64,000 bases of DNA from Alphaproteobacteria bacterium (GTDB taxonomy: Bacteria > Pseudomonadota > Alphaproteobacteria > GCA-2731375), in contig CBDDPY010000002.1 of NCBI GenBank assembly GCA_965232515.1, forward strand, positions 6,076,532 through 6,140,531. Direction: 5' to 3'. The notes under the pieces are model-generated. The model ran no database searches and had not been told where the DNA came from. It saw nothing but the letters and a program-made list of their open reading frames with translations. A program made the position numbers and the translations under genes. This document shows positions 1-9,018 of the stretch, piece by piece. The first letter of the stretch is position 1. Every line of letters begins with the position of its first letter.

Positions 1-1130
1 ATGGGCGCGCATTCGGTGTCGCGCCGGGCCCGGGTCAGGCGCACGGCCTCTTCCAATACCGGCTGGATGTCGATTTCTTCCTCGGACAGCTCGAAACGAT
101 TGGCTTCGATCTTCGCCAGATCCAGAAGCCCATTGATCAGGTCCAACAGGTGATCGGCGCTGCTGTAGATCAACTCGGCATATTCCTGATAGCGCGGCTC
201 CAGCTCGCCGAACATGCCGAGTTTCATGGTTTCCGAAAAGCCCATGACGGCGTTGAGCGGCGTCCGCAACTCGTGGCTCATATGGGTCAGAAATTCCGAC
301 TTCGCCTGGCTTGCTGCCTCCGATTCCATCATCGCGTCATAAAGCGCGCCCTCGGCCCGCTTGATGGCGCTGATATCCTCCGTCAGGGAATAGAAACCGG
401 TCACCGCGCCGTCGTCGCTCAATTTCGGGATGAACGACGTCCGCACGAAGCGTGGACCCGCCGTCTTGTAGCGCAGCTCTTTTTCGAATTCCGTCGACTT
501 GCCGCTCAGCACGCTCTGAACGTGCGGCCGCAATTCCATATAGGCGTCGTAGCCGACGACCTCGTGCATCGCCTTGCCGACAATATCTTCACGGCTGGCC
601 TCGAACCATTCCTCGTGCTGGCGGTTGACCAGCAGATAGCGCTGATCCGCGTCCATGTCCGCCAGCAGAACGGGCACCGCATCGGCCACGGCTTGAAGCT
701 CGCCGTTCGTCGATTGCGCGGCCGGTTTGTCGGCGGCGCTTGCCGTCAACACGGCGGCCCAGCAAACTTCGCCACTCTGCGGGTCTGTCAGACAGAAAGC
801 CTGCACCCTGACCGGGCATTCGCTGCCGTCCTTGCGTTGGAGGATCAGTTCCCCGGCAAACCGCTCGCCCTTTGTCAGGACAGCCCGCAGACGGGCAAGC
901 GCCGCGCGGGACGTTTTTGCGTCCTGCAGCAACGATGTCGGCTTGCCGACGGCTTCGTTGGCCGCATAGCCCGTGAGCGCTTCGAACGCGGGGTTCACGT
1001 AGACGATTTCCGGCTGCGACGAACCGGTACCGGCCGTGGTGACAACAAGCGCGTCGCTGAGCGCAGCCGAAAGGGTCTGGACAATGTCCAGCATATGGCT
1101 TCCCGGCGGTGCGGCCTCCGCGGAGAGCAT
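1..1130 (-). CDS. Sensor histidine kinase with PAS domains, 5' part only. The HATPase C-terminus lies beyond the window start.
   Basis: The minus-strand frame from ATG 1130..1128 translates to MLSAEAAPPG...PAS-like segments...FLTHMSHELRTPLNAVMGFSE (a HisKA H-box) and is still open at coordinate 1. It is absent from the ORF track only because it has no stop inside the window. The plus-strand 348-aa ORF 150..1196 is its antisense mirror. Confidence 0.8.
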   Translation of the reverse strand, partial: MLSAEAAPPGSHMLDIVQTLSAALSDALVVTTAGTGSSQPEIVYVNPAFEALTGYAANEAVGKPTSLLQDAKTSRAALARLRAVLTKGERFAGELILQRKDGSECPVRVQAFCLTDPQSGEVCWAAVLTASAADKPAAQSTNGELQAVADAVPVLLADMDADQRYLLVNRQHEEWFEASREDIVGKAMHEVVGYDAYMELRPHVQSVLSGKSTEFEKELRYKTAGPRFVRTSFIPKLSDDGAVTGFYSLTEDISAIKRAEGALYDAMMESEAASQAKSEFLTHMSHELRTPLNAVMGFSETMKLGMFGELEPRYQEYAELIYSSADHLLDLINGLLDLAKIEANRFELSEEEIDIQPVLEEAVRLTRARRDTECAP

Positions 1131-1262
1131 TTCAGGTTTCCTCACAGCGTGAGACACGCCGCTATTGTTAGGCTGGAGTGCAGAAAGAAACGTTAAAGAC
1201 TGGGGTTTTGTTGCCGCGGTTATGTCCGCGCAAGTCGTGTCTTGCTCATATTTTAGGAAACA

Positions 1263-1877
1263 TTATGTGTTGTGTTTCTCGCGCACCGCCGCGATTTCGG
1301 CTTCAAGTTCGGCAATTCGGGCGTGCAGCCTGCCGATCGGCTCGGCGAGGTCGGCCTCGGTAAACCGCGGCGTGATGTGCTGCGGGCAATTGATGTCCCA
1401 CATTTCTACCTGGAAGAGGATTGCTCGTTGGGGGACCGCCTGGTCCGCCTCGGGCGCGAGGCTGTGCAGCAATGCCGGATCGTCCTCCACCACCCGCAGG
1501 CGTCCCCACAGCTTGACCCGGCGGCGGTTGGCGTAATCCATGAAGAATATGAAGGCCTTGTCGTTCTCGGACGCATTGCCGATGGTGATGTATTGCTGGT
1601 TGCCGGCGAAATCGGCGAAACCCAGCGTTCGATTGTCCAGGACCTTGATGAACCCGGTCGGGCCGCCGCGGTGCTGGATGTAGGGCTGGCCGTCGGCGCT
1701 GGCGGTGGCGAGATAGAAGGAGTCACGAGCCGCGATAAAGGCCGCGAGATCGCCGTCGATCCGGGTCCGCCATGAGCCTTTGTCGTCCCGACCGGCATAG
1801 GCGGCGCGGGAGCCCAGCCGCTCCTGCACGGCTTTCACGGCGGGACTGAAGGCGACGTCGCTGACGTTTTCGGGCAT
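1263..1877 (-). CDS. Pyridoxamine 5'-phosphate oxidase family protein (FMN-binding split barrel).
   Basis: 204-aa ORF. The DSFYLATASADGQPYIQHRGGPTGFIKVLD and GNQQYITIGN stretches are typical of PNPOx-like proteins. Confidence 0.7.
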   Translation of the reverse strand: MPENVSDVAFSPAVKAVQERLGSRAAYAGRDDKGSWRTRIDGDLAAFIAARDSFYLATASADGQPYIQHRGGPTGFIKVLDNRTLGFADFAGNQQYITIGNASENDKAFIFFMDYANRRRVKLWGRLRVVEDDPALLHSLAPEADQAVPQRAILFQVEMWDINCPQHITPRFTEADLAEPIGRLHARIAELEAEIAAVREKHNT

Positions 1878-1903
1878 AAGGAAATCCTTTTATCGACAAT
1901 GGC

Positions 1904-3361
1904 TTACAGGTCTTTGAACGGCGGCAGTTCCGGCAGCACCTTGCCCGGATTCATCAGATCGTCGGGATCGAGCGTCCGCTTGAGCCGCCGCATCAGCTCG
2001 AGTTCCGTCGCCGACTTGTAGCGGCCGATGGTCTCCCGCTTCAGTTGGCCAAGACCGTGCTCGGCGCTGATCGAGCCGCCGAGCACGACGGCAGTCTCTT
2101 CCACCGCGTCAATCAAAGCCGGCCAGTGCGCCATGAAGGCGTCCGGCGGCATGGCCAGCGGGCGGCTGAGATTGAAGTGGATGTTGCCGTCGCCGATATG
2201 GCCGAACGGGATCGGCCGGACGCCCGGCACCAGGCCGGCAACGACGGCGCTGGCCCGGTCGATGAAGTCGGGAATTGCGCCGACGGGCACCGAGGTGTCG
2301 TTCTTCAGGTTGCCGGGGTCTTCGACCTGCGCGACGGCCAGACCCTCGCGATAGCGCCAGAGCGCCGCCGTCTGCCGGGCCGACTGCGCGATCACCGCAT
2401 TCAGCACGAGGCCGTCATCGATGGCGGCGGCGAGCGCGGCTTCGAGATCCCGAGGCAGGCCGGCCTGCGCGGCCGCGCCCTAGGCTTCGAGCAGCACCTG
2501 CCAGTCATGGCGTTGCCCGAACGGCTCGTGCACCGCGCCGATATGGTCGAAATGCAGGTCCAGCCCGCTGCGCGGGATCAGCTCGAACGCCGTCACCGTC
2601 TCGCCGACGGCGCTTTGCAGCCGGCGCAGCAGCCGAATCGCGTCGGCCGGGTTGGCGACGGCGGCGAGCGCCGCGGCTTCCACGCCGGGCCGGCGTTGCA
2701 GCCGAAGGACGGCGGCCGTGACGATGCCCAGCGTGCCCTCGGCGCCGATGAAGAGCTGCTTCAGATCGTAGCCCGTATTGTCCTTGCGCAACCCCCTGAG
2801 GCCATCCCAGACGCGGCCGTCCGGCAGCACGACCTCGAGGCCCAGCACCTGCTCGCGCATGTTGCCGTGGCGCAGCACGGCATTGCCGCCGGCATTGGTG
2901 GCGATATTGCCGCCGATCTGGCTGCTGCCTTCGCCGCCATGGCTGACCGGAAACAGGCGGTCATGCTCGGCCGCGGCGGTCTGTGTCTGGACCAGCGTGC
3001 AGCCGGCCTCGACAGTGATCGTGTCGTTCGCCAGATCGATGTCGCGGATGCGGTTCAGGCCGGCGAGCGCGACGACCACCTGGTCCCCGCTTTCGTCGGG
3101 AATGGCGCCGCCGCAGAATCCGGTATTGCCGCCCTGCGGTACCAGGGCCACGCCCGCATCCCGGCAGGCCCGGACGACGGCGGCGACCTGTTCGGTGGTC
3201 TTCGGCCGGGCGACAGCGGCCGGTCGGCCCTGATGCAGGCCGATGACATCGCGGCCGAAGCCGGCTAGGTCTTCCGGCGCGCGCAGCAGGCCGCCCGGTC
3301 CCAGAATGGCGTCGATCCGGTCGAGGGCGATCTCCAGATCGGGCTTGGCGGTGCGTCGCAT
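1904..3361 (-). pseudogene. FAD-linked oxidase (GlcD / D-lactate dehydrogenase family) interrupted by one in-frame amber codon at 2480..2482.
   Basis: The 533-aa ORF (2480..4081) carries the FAD-binding PCMH domain (PKTTEQVAAVVRAC...VPQGGNTGFCGGAIP) after a probable start MRRTAKPD at 3361. The 167-aa ORF (1904..2407) is the FAD-oxidase C-terminal domain (PFGHIGDGNIHFN...GSISAEHGLG). Both are in the same frame (first codon base = 1 mod 3) and are separated only by TAG, within the palindrome CCTAGG. The joined length of about 486 aa is typical for this family. Confidence 0.55.
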
Positions 3362-3448
3362 GGGCGCATTAGAGGCGGGCCGACGCCTGTCGGCAAGCGT
3401 GCTAAGTTCCCGCCAACGTGGAATTCGCGGGGAAAGAGACGGCGAGAC

Positions 3449-4054
3449 ATGACCTGGATAAAGACGGTGCCATACGGCGAGGCGAGCGGTCGGCTGAAGA
3501 CGCTCTACGATCGGATCAAGGGGCCGGACGACAACGTCGACAACATCATGATGGCGCACAGCCTCAGGCCGCACACCATGGAAGGGCACATGTACATCTA
3601 CAAGTACGTGCTGCACCATTCCGGCAACCGGCTGTCGAAGTGGCTGCTGGAGGCGCTCGGCGTCTACACCAGCCTGCTGAACGGCTGCAGCTACTGCGTC
3701 GAGCATCATTTCCAGGGTATGCGGCGCCTGCTGGCGGACGATGCGCGCGCCGACGGGATACGCGCGGCCTTCGAAGCCGGTGCGCCGGAGCGTGCTTTCG
3801 ACGGCCGCGAGCTGGCGATGATGCACTACGCCGCGGCCCTGACCACGTCGCCGCAAAGCATCGATGCCGGGACGATCGATCGTCTGCGCGCCGCCGGTCT
3901 GGACGACGGCGAGATCCTGGAGGTCAATCAGGTCGTCAGCTACTTCGCCTACGCCAACCGCACCGTGTTGGGACTCGGCGTCAACACCGACGGCGATGTC
4001 CTGGGCCTGTCGCCGAACGATTCCGACGATCCCGGCAACTGGTCGCACAATTGA
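3449..4054 (+). CDS. Carboxymuconolactone decarboxylase (CMD) family / AhpD-like peroxidase-related protein.
   Basis: 201 aa with the CxxHH-type motif GCSYCVEHH. It is divergent from the FAD-oxidase gene. Confidence 0.75.
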   Translation: MTWIKTVPYGEASGRLKTLYDRIKGPDDNVDNIMMAHSLRPHTMEGHMYIYKYVLHHSGNRLSKWLLEALGVYTSLLNGCSYCVEHHFQGMRRLLADDARADGIRAAFEAGAPERAFDGRELAMMHYAAALTTSPQSIDAGTIDRLRAAGLDDGEILEVNQVVSYFAYANRTVLGLGVNTDGDVLGLSPNDSDDPGNWSHN

Positions 4055-4102
4055 TGCCGTTCGGTTCGCGGAAGCGACCATTTGAAGGTTAGGGGCTCAA
4101 GC

Positions 4103-5101
4103 ATGGCGCAGTCGGTATTGGTGACGGGGGGCGCGGGCTACATCGGCTCGCATATCGTCCTGGCGCTGCTGGACGCGGGCCACGGGGTCGTGGTCCTGGA
4201 CGATCTGTCGTCCGGCCGGCGCGAGCTCGTGCCGGCCGATGCCGCTTTTATCGAGGCCGATGTCGGCGATGGGGCGGCGCTCGACGCCTGTTTCGACGCG
4301 CATGACATCGACGCCGTCATCCATACGGCCGGCTCGATCATCGTATCGGAATCGGTCGAACAACCGCTGCGCTACTACGACAACAACACGGCCAAAAGCG
4401 GCGTGCTGATCGACGCCTGCATTCGGGCCGGCGTCGGCCGGTTCATTTTCTCCTCGACCGCCGCCGTCTACGGCGAGCCGGCGGTGCTGCCGATCCCGGA
4501 GACCGCGCCGCTGCAGCCCATCAACCCCTATGGCCGAAGCAAGCTGGCGGTCGAGTGGATGCTGCGGGACGCCGGCACGGCGCACGGTCTGCGATCCGGC
4601 ATCCTGCGCTACTTCAACGCGGCCGGCGCCGATCCGGCGGGACGTAGCGGCCAGTCCACGCCGTTCGCGACGCATCTGATCAAGATCGCGAGCCAGCTCG
4701 TTGCCGGCGCGCGCGACCACATGACGATTTTCGGCGACGATTATCCGACCGCGGACGGCACCTGCGTCCGCGACTATATCCACGTCAGCGATCTGGCCGC
4801 CGCGCACCTCGCGGCGCTCACCGACCTCGAGGCCGGCGGCGACAGTTTCGCGCTCAATTGCGGCTATGGCCGCGGTCATTCGGTGCGCGAGGTGTTGGAC
4901 GCGGTGACGGCGGCCGCCGGCCGGCCGCTCGATATCCGTACCGGCCCGCGCCGCGCCGGCGATCCGCCGGCACTGGTGGCCGACGTGTCGGCGCTCGGCG
5001 CGCGATTGCGCTGGCAGCCGCGGCACGACAACCTGGCGGATATCGTCGGCTCGGCGCTGGCGTGGGAAACCCGTCTGGTCGACAGCGAGCGCGCGGGTTA
5101 G
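4103..5101 (+). CDS. galE: UDP-glucose 4-epimerase.
   Basis: It has the Rossmann motif VLVTGGAGYIGSH and a YxxxK region (NPYGRSK). A GGGG RBS-like stretch precedes ATG 4103. The ORF track starts earlier, at 4082. Confidence 0.85.
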   Translation: MAQSVLVTGGAGYIGSHIVLALLDAGHGVVVLDDLSSGRRELVPADAAFIEADVGDGAALDACFDAHDIDAVIHTAGSIIVSESVEQPLRYYDNNTAKSGVLIDACIRAGVGRFIFSSTAAVYGEPAVLPIPETAPLQPINPYGRSKLAVEWMLRDAGTAHGLRSGILRYFNAAGADPAGRSGQSTPFATHLIKIASQLVAGARDHMTIFGDDYPTADGTCVRDYIHVSDLAAAHLAALTDLEAGGDSFALNCGYGRGHSVREVLDAVTAAAGRPLDIRTGPRRAGDPPALVADVSALGARLRWQPRHDNLADIVGSALAWETRLVDSERAG

Positions 5102-5135
5102 GCTCGGACCGATCGCAAGGGATGGAGTGGCGCGT

Positions 5136-6128
5136 ATGCGCGCAATCGTCTGCCGGCAGTGGGGTGGACCGGAAGACCTGACGCTTGAAGACGTGCCGCC
5201 GCCGTCGCCGGGTCCAGATGAAATTCTGATCGGCGTGCGCCGCGCCGCCGTCAACTATGCCGACACGATCATGGTGCGCGGCGACTATCAGACCAAGCCT
5301 GAGCTGCCGTTCAGCCCGGGCATCGAGGCGGTCGGCGAGGTGCTGGCCTGCGGCGACAAGGTCACGGACTTCACGCCCGGCGACCGGGTCATGGCGCTGG
5401 TCTGGCACGGCGGCTTCGCCGAGCAGGTCGTGGCGAACCCGGTCGAGACCTTCAAGCTGCCGGACGGCATGGACATGGACATCGCCGCCGCGATGCTGGG
5501 CGCCTATGTCTCGAGCCATGTGGCGCTGCGCTGGCAGGGGCGGCTCGAGGCCGGCGAGACGTTGCTGGTGCTGGGCGCGGGCGGCGGTGTCGGGCTCGCC
5601 GCGGTCGAGATCGGCAAGGCGATGGGCGCCAGGGTCATTGCCGCGGCCAGCGCGGACGAGCGGCTGGCGCTGGCGCGCACGCATGGCGCCGATGAGGTCG
5701 TGAACTATGCCGACGGCGACCTGCGCGCCGAGGTCGCGGCGCTCACCGACAAACACGGCGTCGATATTTGTTTCGATCCGGTGGGCGGGCCGCTGTTCGA
5801 TCAGGCCCTGTCGTCGCTGGCCTGGGGCGGTCGCATTCTGCTGATCGGGTTCGTCGGCGGGATTCAGCAGATCCCGGCGAACCGCCTGCTGGTCAAGCAC
5901 CGCTCGGCCCTGGGCTCGTCGCTGCGTTATTTCCGCAACCAGCGCCCGGACTTACTGCGCCGAAGTGTCGAGGAACTGTGCCGTTGGCAGGCCGATGGCA
6001 AGGTGCGGCCGACGGTGTCGGCCGTCTATCCCCTGGACCAGGTGCCGGCGGCAATGCAGGCGTTGGTCGATCGGCAGGTCGTCGGCCGGGTGATTGCCGC
6101 GATTGACGATGGAGACCGGCAACCGTGA
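5136..6128 (+). CDS. NADPH:quinone oxidoreductase / zinc-type alcohol dehydrogenase-like (MDR superfamily).
   Basis: It has a GroES-like N-terminus and an NAD(P) fold (LVLGAGGGVGLAAVEIGKAMGARV). ATG 5136 follows a GGAG RBS. The track starts at GTG 5127. Confidence 0.8.
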   Translation: MRAIVCRQWGGPEDLTLEDVPPPSPGPDEILIGVRRAAVNYADTIMVRGDYQTKPELPFSPGIEAVGEVLACGDKVTDFTPGDRVMALVWHGGFAEQVVANPVETFKLPDGMDMDIAAAMLGAYVSSHVALRWQGRLEAGETLLVLGAGGGVGLAAVEIGKAMGARVIAAASADERLALARTHGADEVVNYADGDLRAEVAALTDKHGVDICFDPVGGPLFDQALSSLAWGGRILLIGFVGGIQQIPANRLLVKHRSALGSSLRYFRNQRPDLLRRSVEELCRWQADGKVRPTVSAVYPLDQVPAAMQALVDRQVVGRVIAAIDDGDRQP

Positions 6129-6820
6129 TGCGCCGCCGCGGGATTTTGGCCGTGCTGGCGCTGGCCGCCGTCTGCCTGTTCGGCGGGCCGGCGGTGAATG
6201 CCGGCCGACCGGTGGATCTGGCCCTGATCCTGGCGGTCGACTGTTCCTACAGCGTCAGCGCCGACGAGTTCCGCAAGCAGGTGATCGGTCTGTCGCTGGC
6301 GCTTCGCGACCCGGAGGTGATTGCGGCGATCCAGGGCGGCCGTCACGGCGCGATCTCGGTGGCGGTGGTGCAATGGTCGTCGTCCGGCGCGCAGGTCGCC
6401 GCCGTGCCCTGGACGCTGGTCGATGGACCGGACGCGGCCGATCAGCTCGCCGACCGCATCGCCGCGACACAACGGCTGACCCGCGAAGGCGGCACGTCGA
6501 TCTCGCATGCGCTCGAATTCTCGGCCGCGCTGTTCGCCGTCAATCCCTTCAACAGCGACCGTCATGTAATCGACGTCTCGGGCGACGGCCGCAACAACAA
6601 CGGCGTCAAGCTGCGGCCCGTGCGCGACCGGCTTGTCGCCGACGGCATCACGATCAACGGCCTGGTCATCCTGAACGAGGATCAGACCCTCGACCGATAT
6701 TTCGAATCGGATGTGATCGGCGGCGCCGGCGCATTCATCGTGCGCGCGGACGACTACGACGATTATCTCGAGGCGATCCGTCGTAAGCTGTTGCGCGAGA
6801 TCAACAACTTCGTTTCCTGA
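6128..6820 (+). CDS. DUF1194 family protein (VWA-like fold), secreted.
   Basis: It has a signal peptide (MRRRGILAVLALAAVCLFGGPAVNA) and the DLALILAVDCSYSVS...DVSGDGRNNNG pattern of DUF1194. Its ATG overlaps the qor stop (TGATG). Confidence 0.65.
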   Translation: MRRRGILAVLALAAVCLFGGPAVNAGRPVDLALILAVDCSYSVSADEFRKQVIGLSLALRDPEVIAAIQGGRHGAISVAVVQWSSSGAQVAAVPWTLVDGPDAADQLADRIAATQRLTREGGTSISHALEFSAALFAVNPFNSDRHVIDVSGDGRNNNGVKLRPVRDRLVADGITINGLVILNEDQTLDRYFESDVIGGAGAFIVRADDYDDYLEAIRRKLLREINNFVS

Positions 6821-6913
6821 CGCCGGCGCGCCGGACCCGGTTTATCCGTATTGTCATGCAAGCTACACTCGCCGCCGGGGGAGAGAGCGGCCGCTCGGGA
6901 GACAATCAACGGA

Positions 6914-8140
6914 ATGAACAACAGTCTTGCGGGACTGCGGCTGGTCGAGGGATCGGCCTTCGTCGCGGCGCCATTCGCCGGCATGACCCTTGCGCAGCAG
7001 GGTGTCGATGTCATCCGGTTCGACCCGATCGGCGGCGGCCTCGACTATCATCGCTGGCCGGTGACCGATGACGGCAGCAGTCTCTACTGGGCCAGCTTGA
7101 ACAAGGGCAAGCGGTCGATCGCGGTGGACCTCAGAAGCGAAGAGGGCCGCGATCTCGTGATCATGCTGATCACCGCGGCGGGCGTCGACGCCGGCCTTTT
7201 CCTGACCAATTTCCCAGCCGTCGGCTGGCTCGACTACAAGGAATTGAAGAAGCGCCGGTCCGATCTGATCATGCTCAACATCATGGGCAACTCGGACGGT
7301 ACATCGGAAGTCGACTACACCGTCAACTGCGCGACCGGCCTGCCTTTCATGACCGGACCGTCGGAGCATCCGGGGCCCGTGAACCACGTGCTGCCGGCCT
7401 GGGATCTGCTGACTGGCCTGACCGCCGTGAATGGGCTGCTGACGGCGGAGCGGCATCGGCGACTGAGCGGCGAGGGACAACTGATCAAGCTGGCGCTGTC
7501 GGATGTCGCCTTCGCCACCATGGGCAACCTGGGTTTCATCTCCGAATACCAGATCAGCGGCACGGAACGCGGCAGCACCAGCAACGACCTTTACGGCGCC
7601 TTCGGCCGCGATTTCGAGACCCGCGACGGCCGTCGGGTGATGATCGCGGCGATCAGTCCGCGGCAGTGGCAGGCTTTGGTGAAGGCGACGGGCATCGCGG
7701 ATGCGGTCAAGCGCATCGAGGAATCCGAGGACGTGGACCTGAACCAGCAGGGCGACCGCTATCGGGCGCGCGAGGCGATCGCCGCATTGCTGGCGCCCTG
7801 GTGCGCGGCGCGTAGCATGGCGGAGGTGGCCGATGCCTTGAATCTCGCGCGGGTGAGCTGGGGGCCCTATCAGACGGTGCGGCAGATGCTCGAGGAGGAC
7901 CGCCGCTGCTCCACGGCAAATCCCATGTTCGCGGAGGTCGAGCAGCCGGGCATCGGCCGGCACCTGATGCCGGGCTCGCCACTGGAGTTCAAGGCCGCGG
8001 ATCGTCATCCGGCCCGGCCGGCGCCGCTTTTGGGCCAGCACACGGACGAGATCCTGTACGATCTCTTGGATCTGAGCGATGTCCAGATCGGCCGCCTGCA
8101 CGATCGGGGATTGGTCGCCGGCCCGACGCCGAAGGAGTAG
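6914..8140 (+). CDS. CoA-transferase family III (CaiB/BaiF/Frc-like).
   Basis: The N-terminus is family III-like (MNNSLAGLRLVEGSAFVAAPFAGMTLAQQGVDVIRFDPIGGG), and the conserved Asp is present in the central domain. ATG 6914 follows a GGGAGA RBS. Confidence 0.85.
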   Translation: MNNSLAGLRLVEGSAFVAAPFAGMTLAQQGVDVIRFDPIGGGLDYHRWPVTDDGSSLYWASLNKGKRSIAVDLRSEEGRDLVIMLITAAGVDAGLFLTNFPAVGWLDYKELKKRRSDLIMLNIMGNSDGTSEVDYTVNCATGLPFMTGPSEHPGPVNHVLPAWDLLTGLTAVNGLLTAERHRRLSGEGQLIKLALSDVAFATMGNLGFISEYQISGTERGSTSNDLYGAFGRDFETRDGRRVMIAAISPRQWQALVKATGIADAVKRIEESEDVDLNQQGDRYRAREAIAALLAPWCAARSMAEVADALNLARVSWGPYQTVRQMLEEDRRCSTANPMFAEVEQPGIGRHLMPGSPLEFKAADRHPARPAPLLGQHTDEILYDLLDLSDVQIGRLHDRGLVAGPTPKE

Positions 8141-8148
8141 ACGCAAGC

Positions 8149-9018
8149 ATGTCAGAAGTCCAATCGCCGGCCGGCGGCGCCTACGCGGACTGGGTCGGCC
8201 GCCGGGAGACGACGGTGGATCGTATCGCGCTGGCGCCAGCCCGCGGCCTGCTGGCAACGCTGAACGATGCCGCGACGGTTCTGACCGAAGGCGACGAGCT
8301 GCCGCCGCTCTGGCATTGGCTGTACTTTCTGGCGCAGGCCCCGCAATCGGCCATCGACGTCGACGGCCATCCGGTTCGGGGCGGGTTTCTGCCGCCGGTC
8401 GACTTGCCGCGGCGGATGTTCGCCGGCGCCCGGATGACGTTCGAGGCGCCGCTCAGGATCGGCGTCGAGGTGCGGCGGGAGAGCGAGATCCTCGACGTCG
8501 TCGAGAAGTCCGGCCGCAGCGGCCGGCTGGTCTTCGTGACCGTGCGCAACCGGATCTATGACGGCGACCGGCTCTGCATCGAGGAGACCCGCAACATCGT
8601 CTATCGCGAGGCCGGCGGCCCGACGCCCGCGCCGGTGCCGTTGTCCGAATTGCCGGCCGCGCCGGCCGGCGCCTGGGTCGAGACGGTGTCGCCCGATCCG
8701 GTGCTGCTGTTCCGTTATTCGGCGCTGACCTTCAACGGCCATCGCATTCACTACGACTATCCCTATGTCACCGGCGAGGAAGGTTATCCGGGACTGGTCG
8801 TGCACGGGCCGCTGATCGCGACCTTGCTGATCGATCTTGTGCGCCGGCATGCCGACCGTCCGGTGCGCGCGTTCCAATTCCGGGCCAACGCGCCGTTGTT
8901 CGCCGGCGCACCGTTCCGGGTGATCGGTCAGACGACGGGCGAAGGCATCGAGCTGACGGCCGAGCGCTGTGACGGCGCGGCCGCGATGACCGCGACGGCC
9001 GAACTACTTGCTGGTTAG
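8149..9018 (+). CDS. MaoC-like / FAS1-like (R)-specific enoyl/acyl dehydratase with two hot-dog halves.
   Basis: 289 aa. Adjacent to a CaiB-type transferase. The hydratase-like motif is YDYPYVTGEEGYPGLVVHGPLIATL. The exact substrate is unknown. Confidence 0.6.
   Translation: MSEVQSPAGGAYADWVGRRETTVDRIALAPARGLLATLNDAATVLTEGDELPPLWHWLYFLAQAPQSAIDVDGHPVRGGFLPPVDLPRRMFAGARMTFEAPLRIGVEVRRESEILDVVEKSGRSGRLVFVTVRNRIYDGDRLCIEETRNIVYREAGGPTPAPVPLSELPAAPAGAWVETVSPDPVLLFRYSALTFNGHRIHYDYPYVTGEEGYPGLVVHGPLIATLLIDLVRRHADRPVRAFQFRANAPLFAGAPFRVIGQTTGEGIELTAERCDGAAAMTATAELLAG

Noticed and set aside
150-1196. 348-aa plus-strand ORF at the window start.
   Set aside because: The opposite strand encodes a bona fide PAS-histidine kinase, with the H-box SHELRTPLNAV, that runs off the window edge. 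The plus-strand ORF is its mirror artefact.
2480-2482. Possible programmed UAG recoding (pyrrolysine or suppression) in the FAD oxidase.
   Set aside because: No pyl genes or suppressor tRNA are evident in the window, and the lineage (alphaproteobacterial, GC-rich) is not known for UAG recoding. Pseudogene or sequencing error is the simpler explanation.
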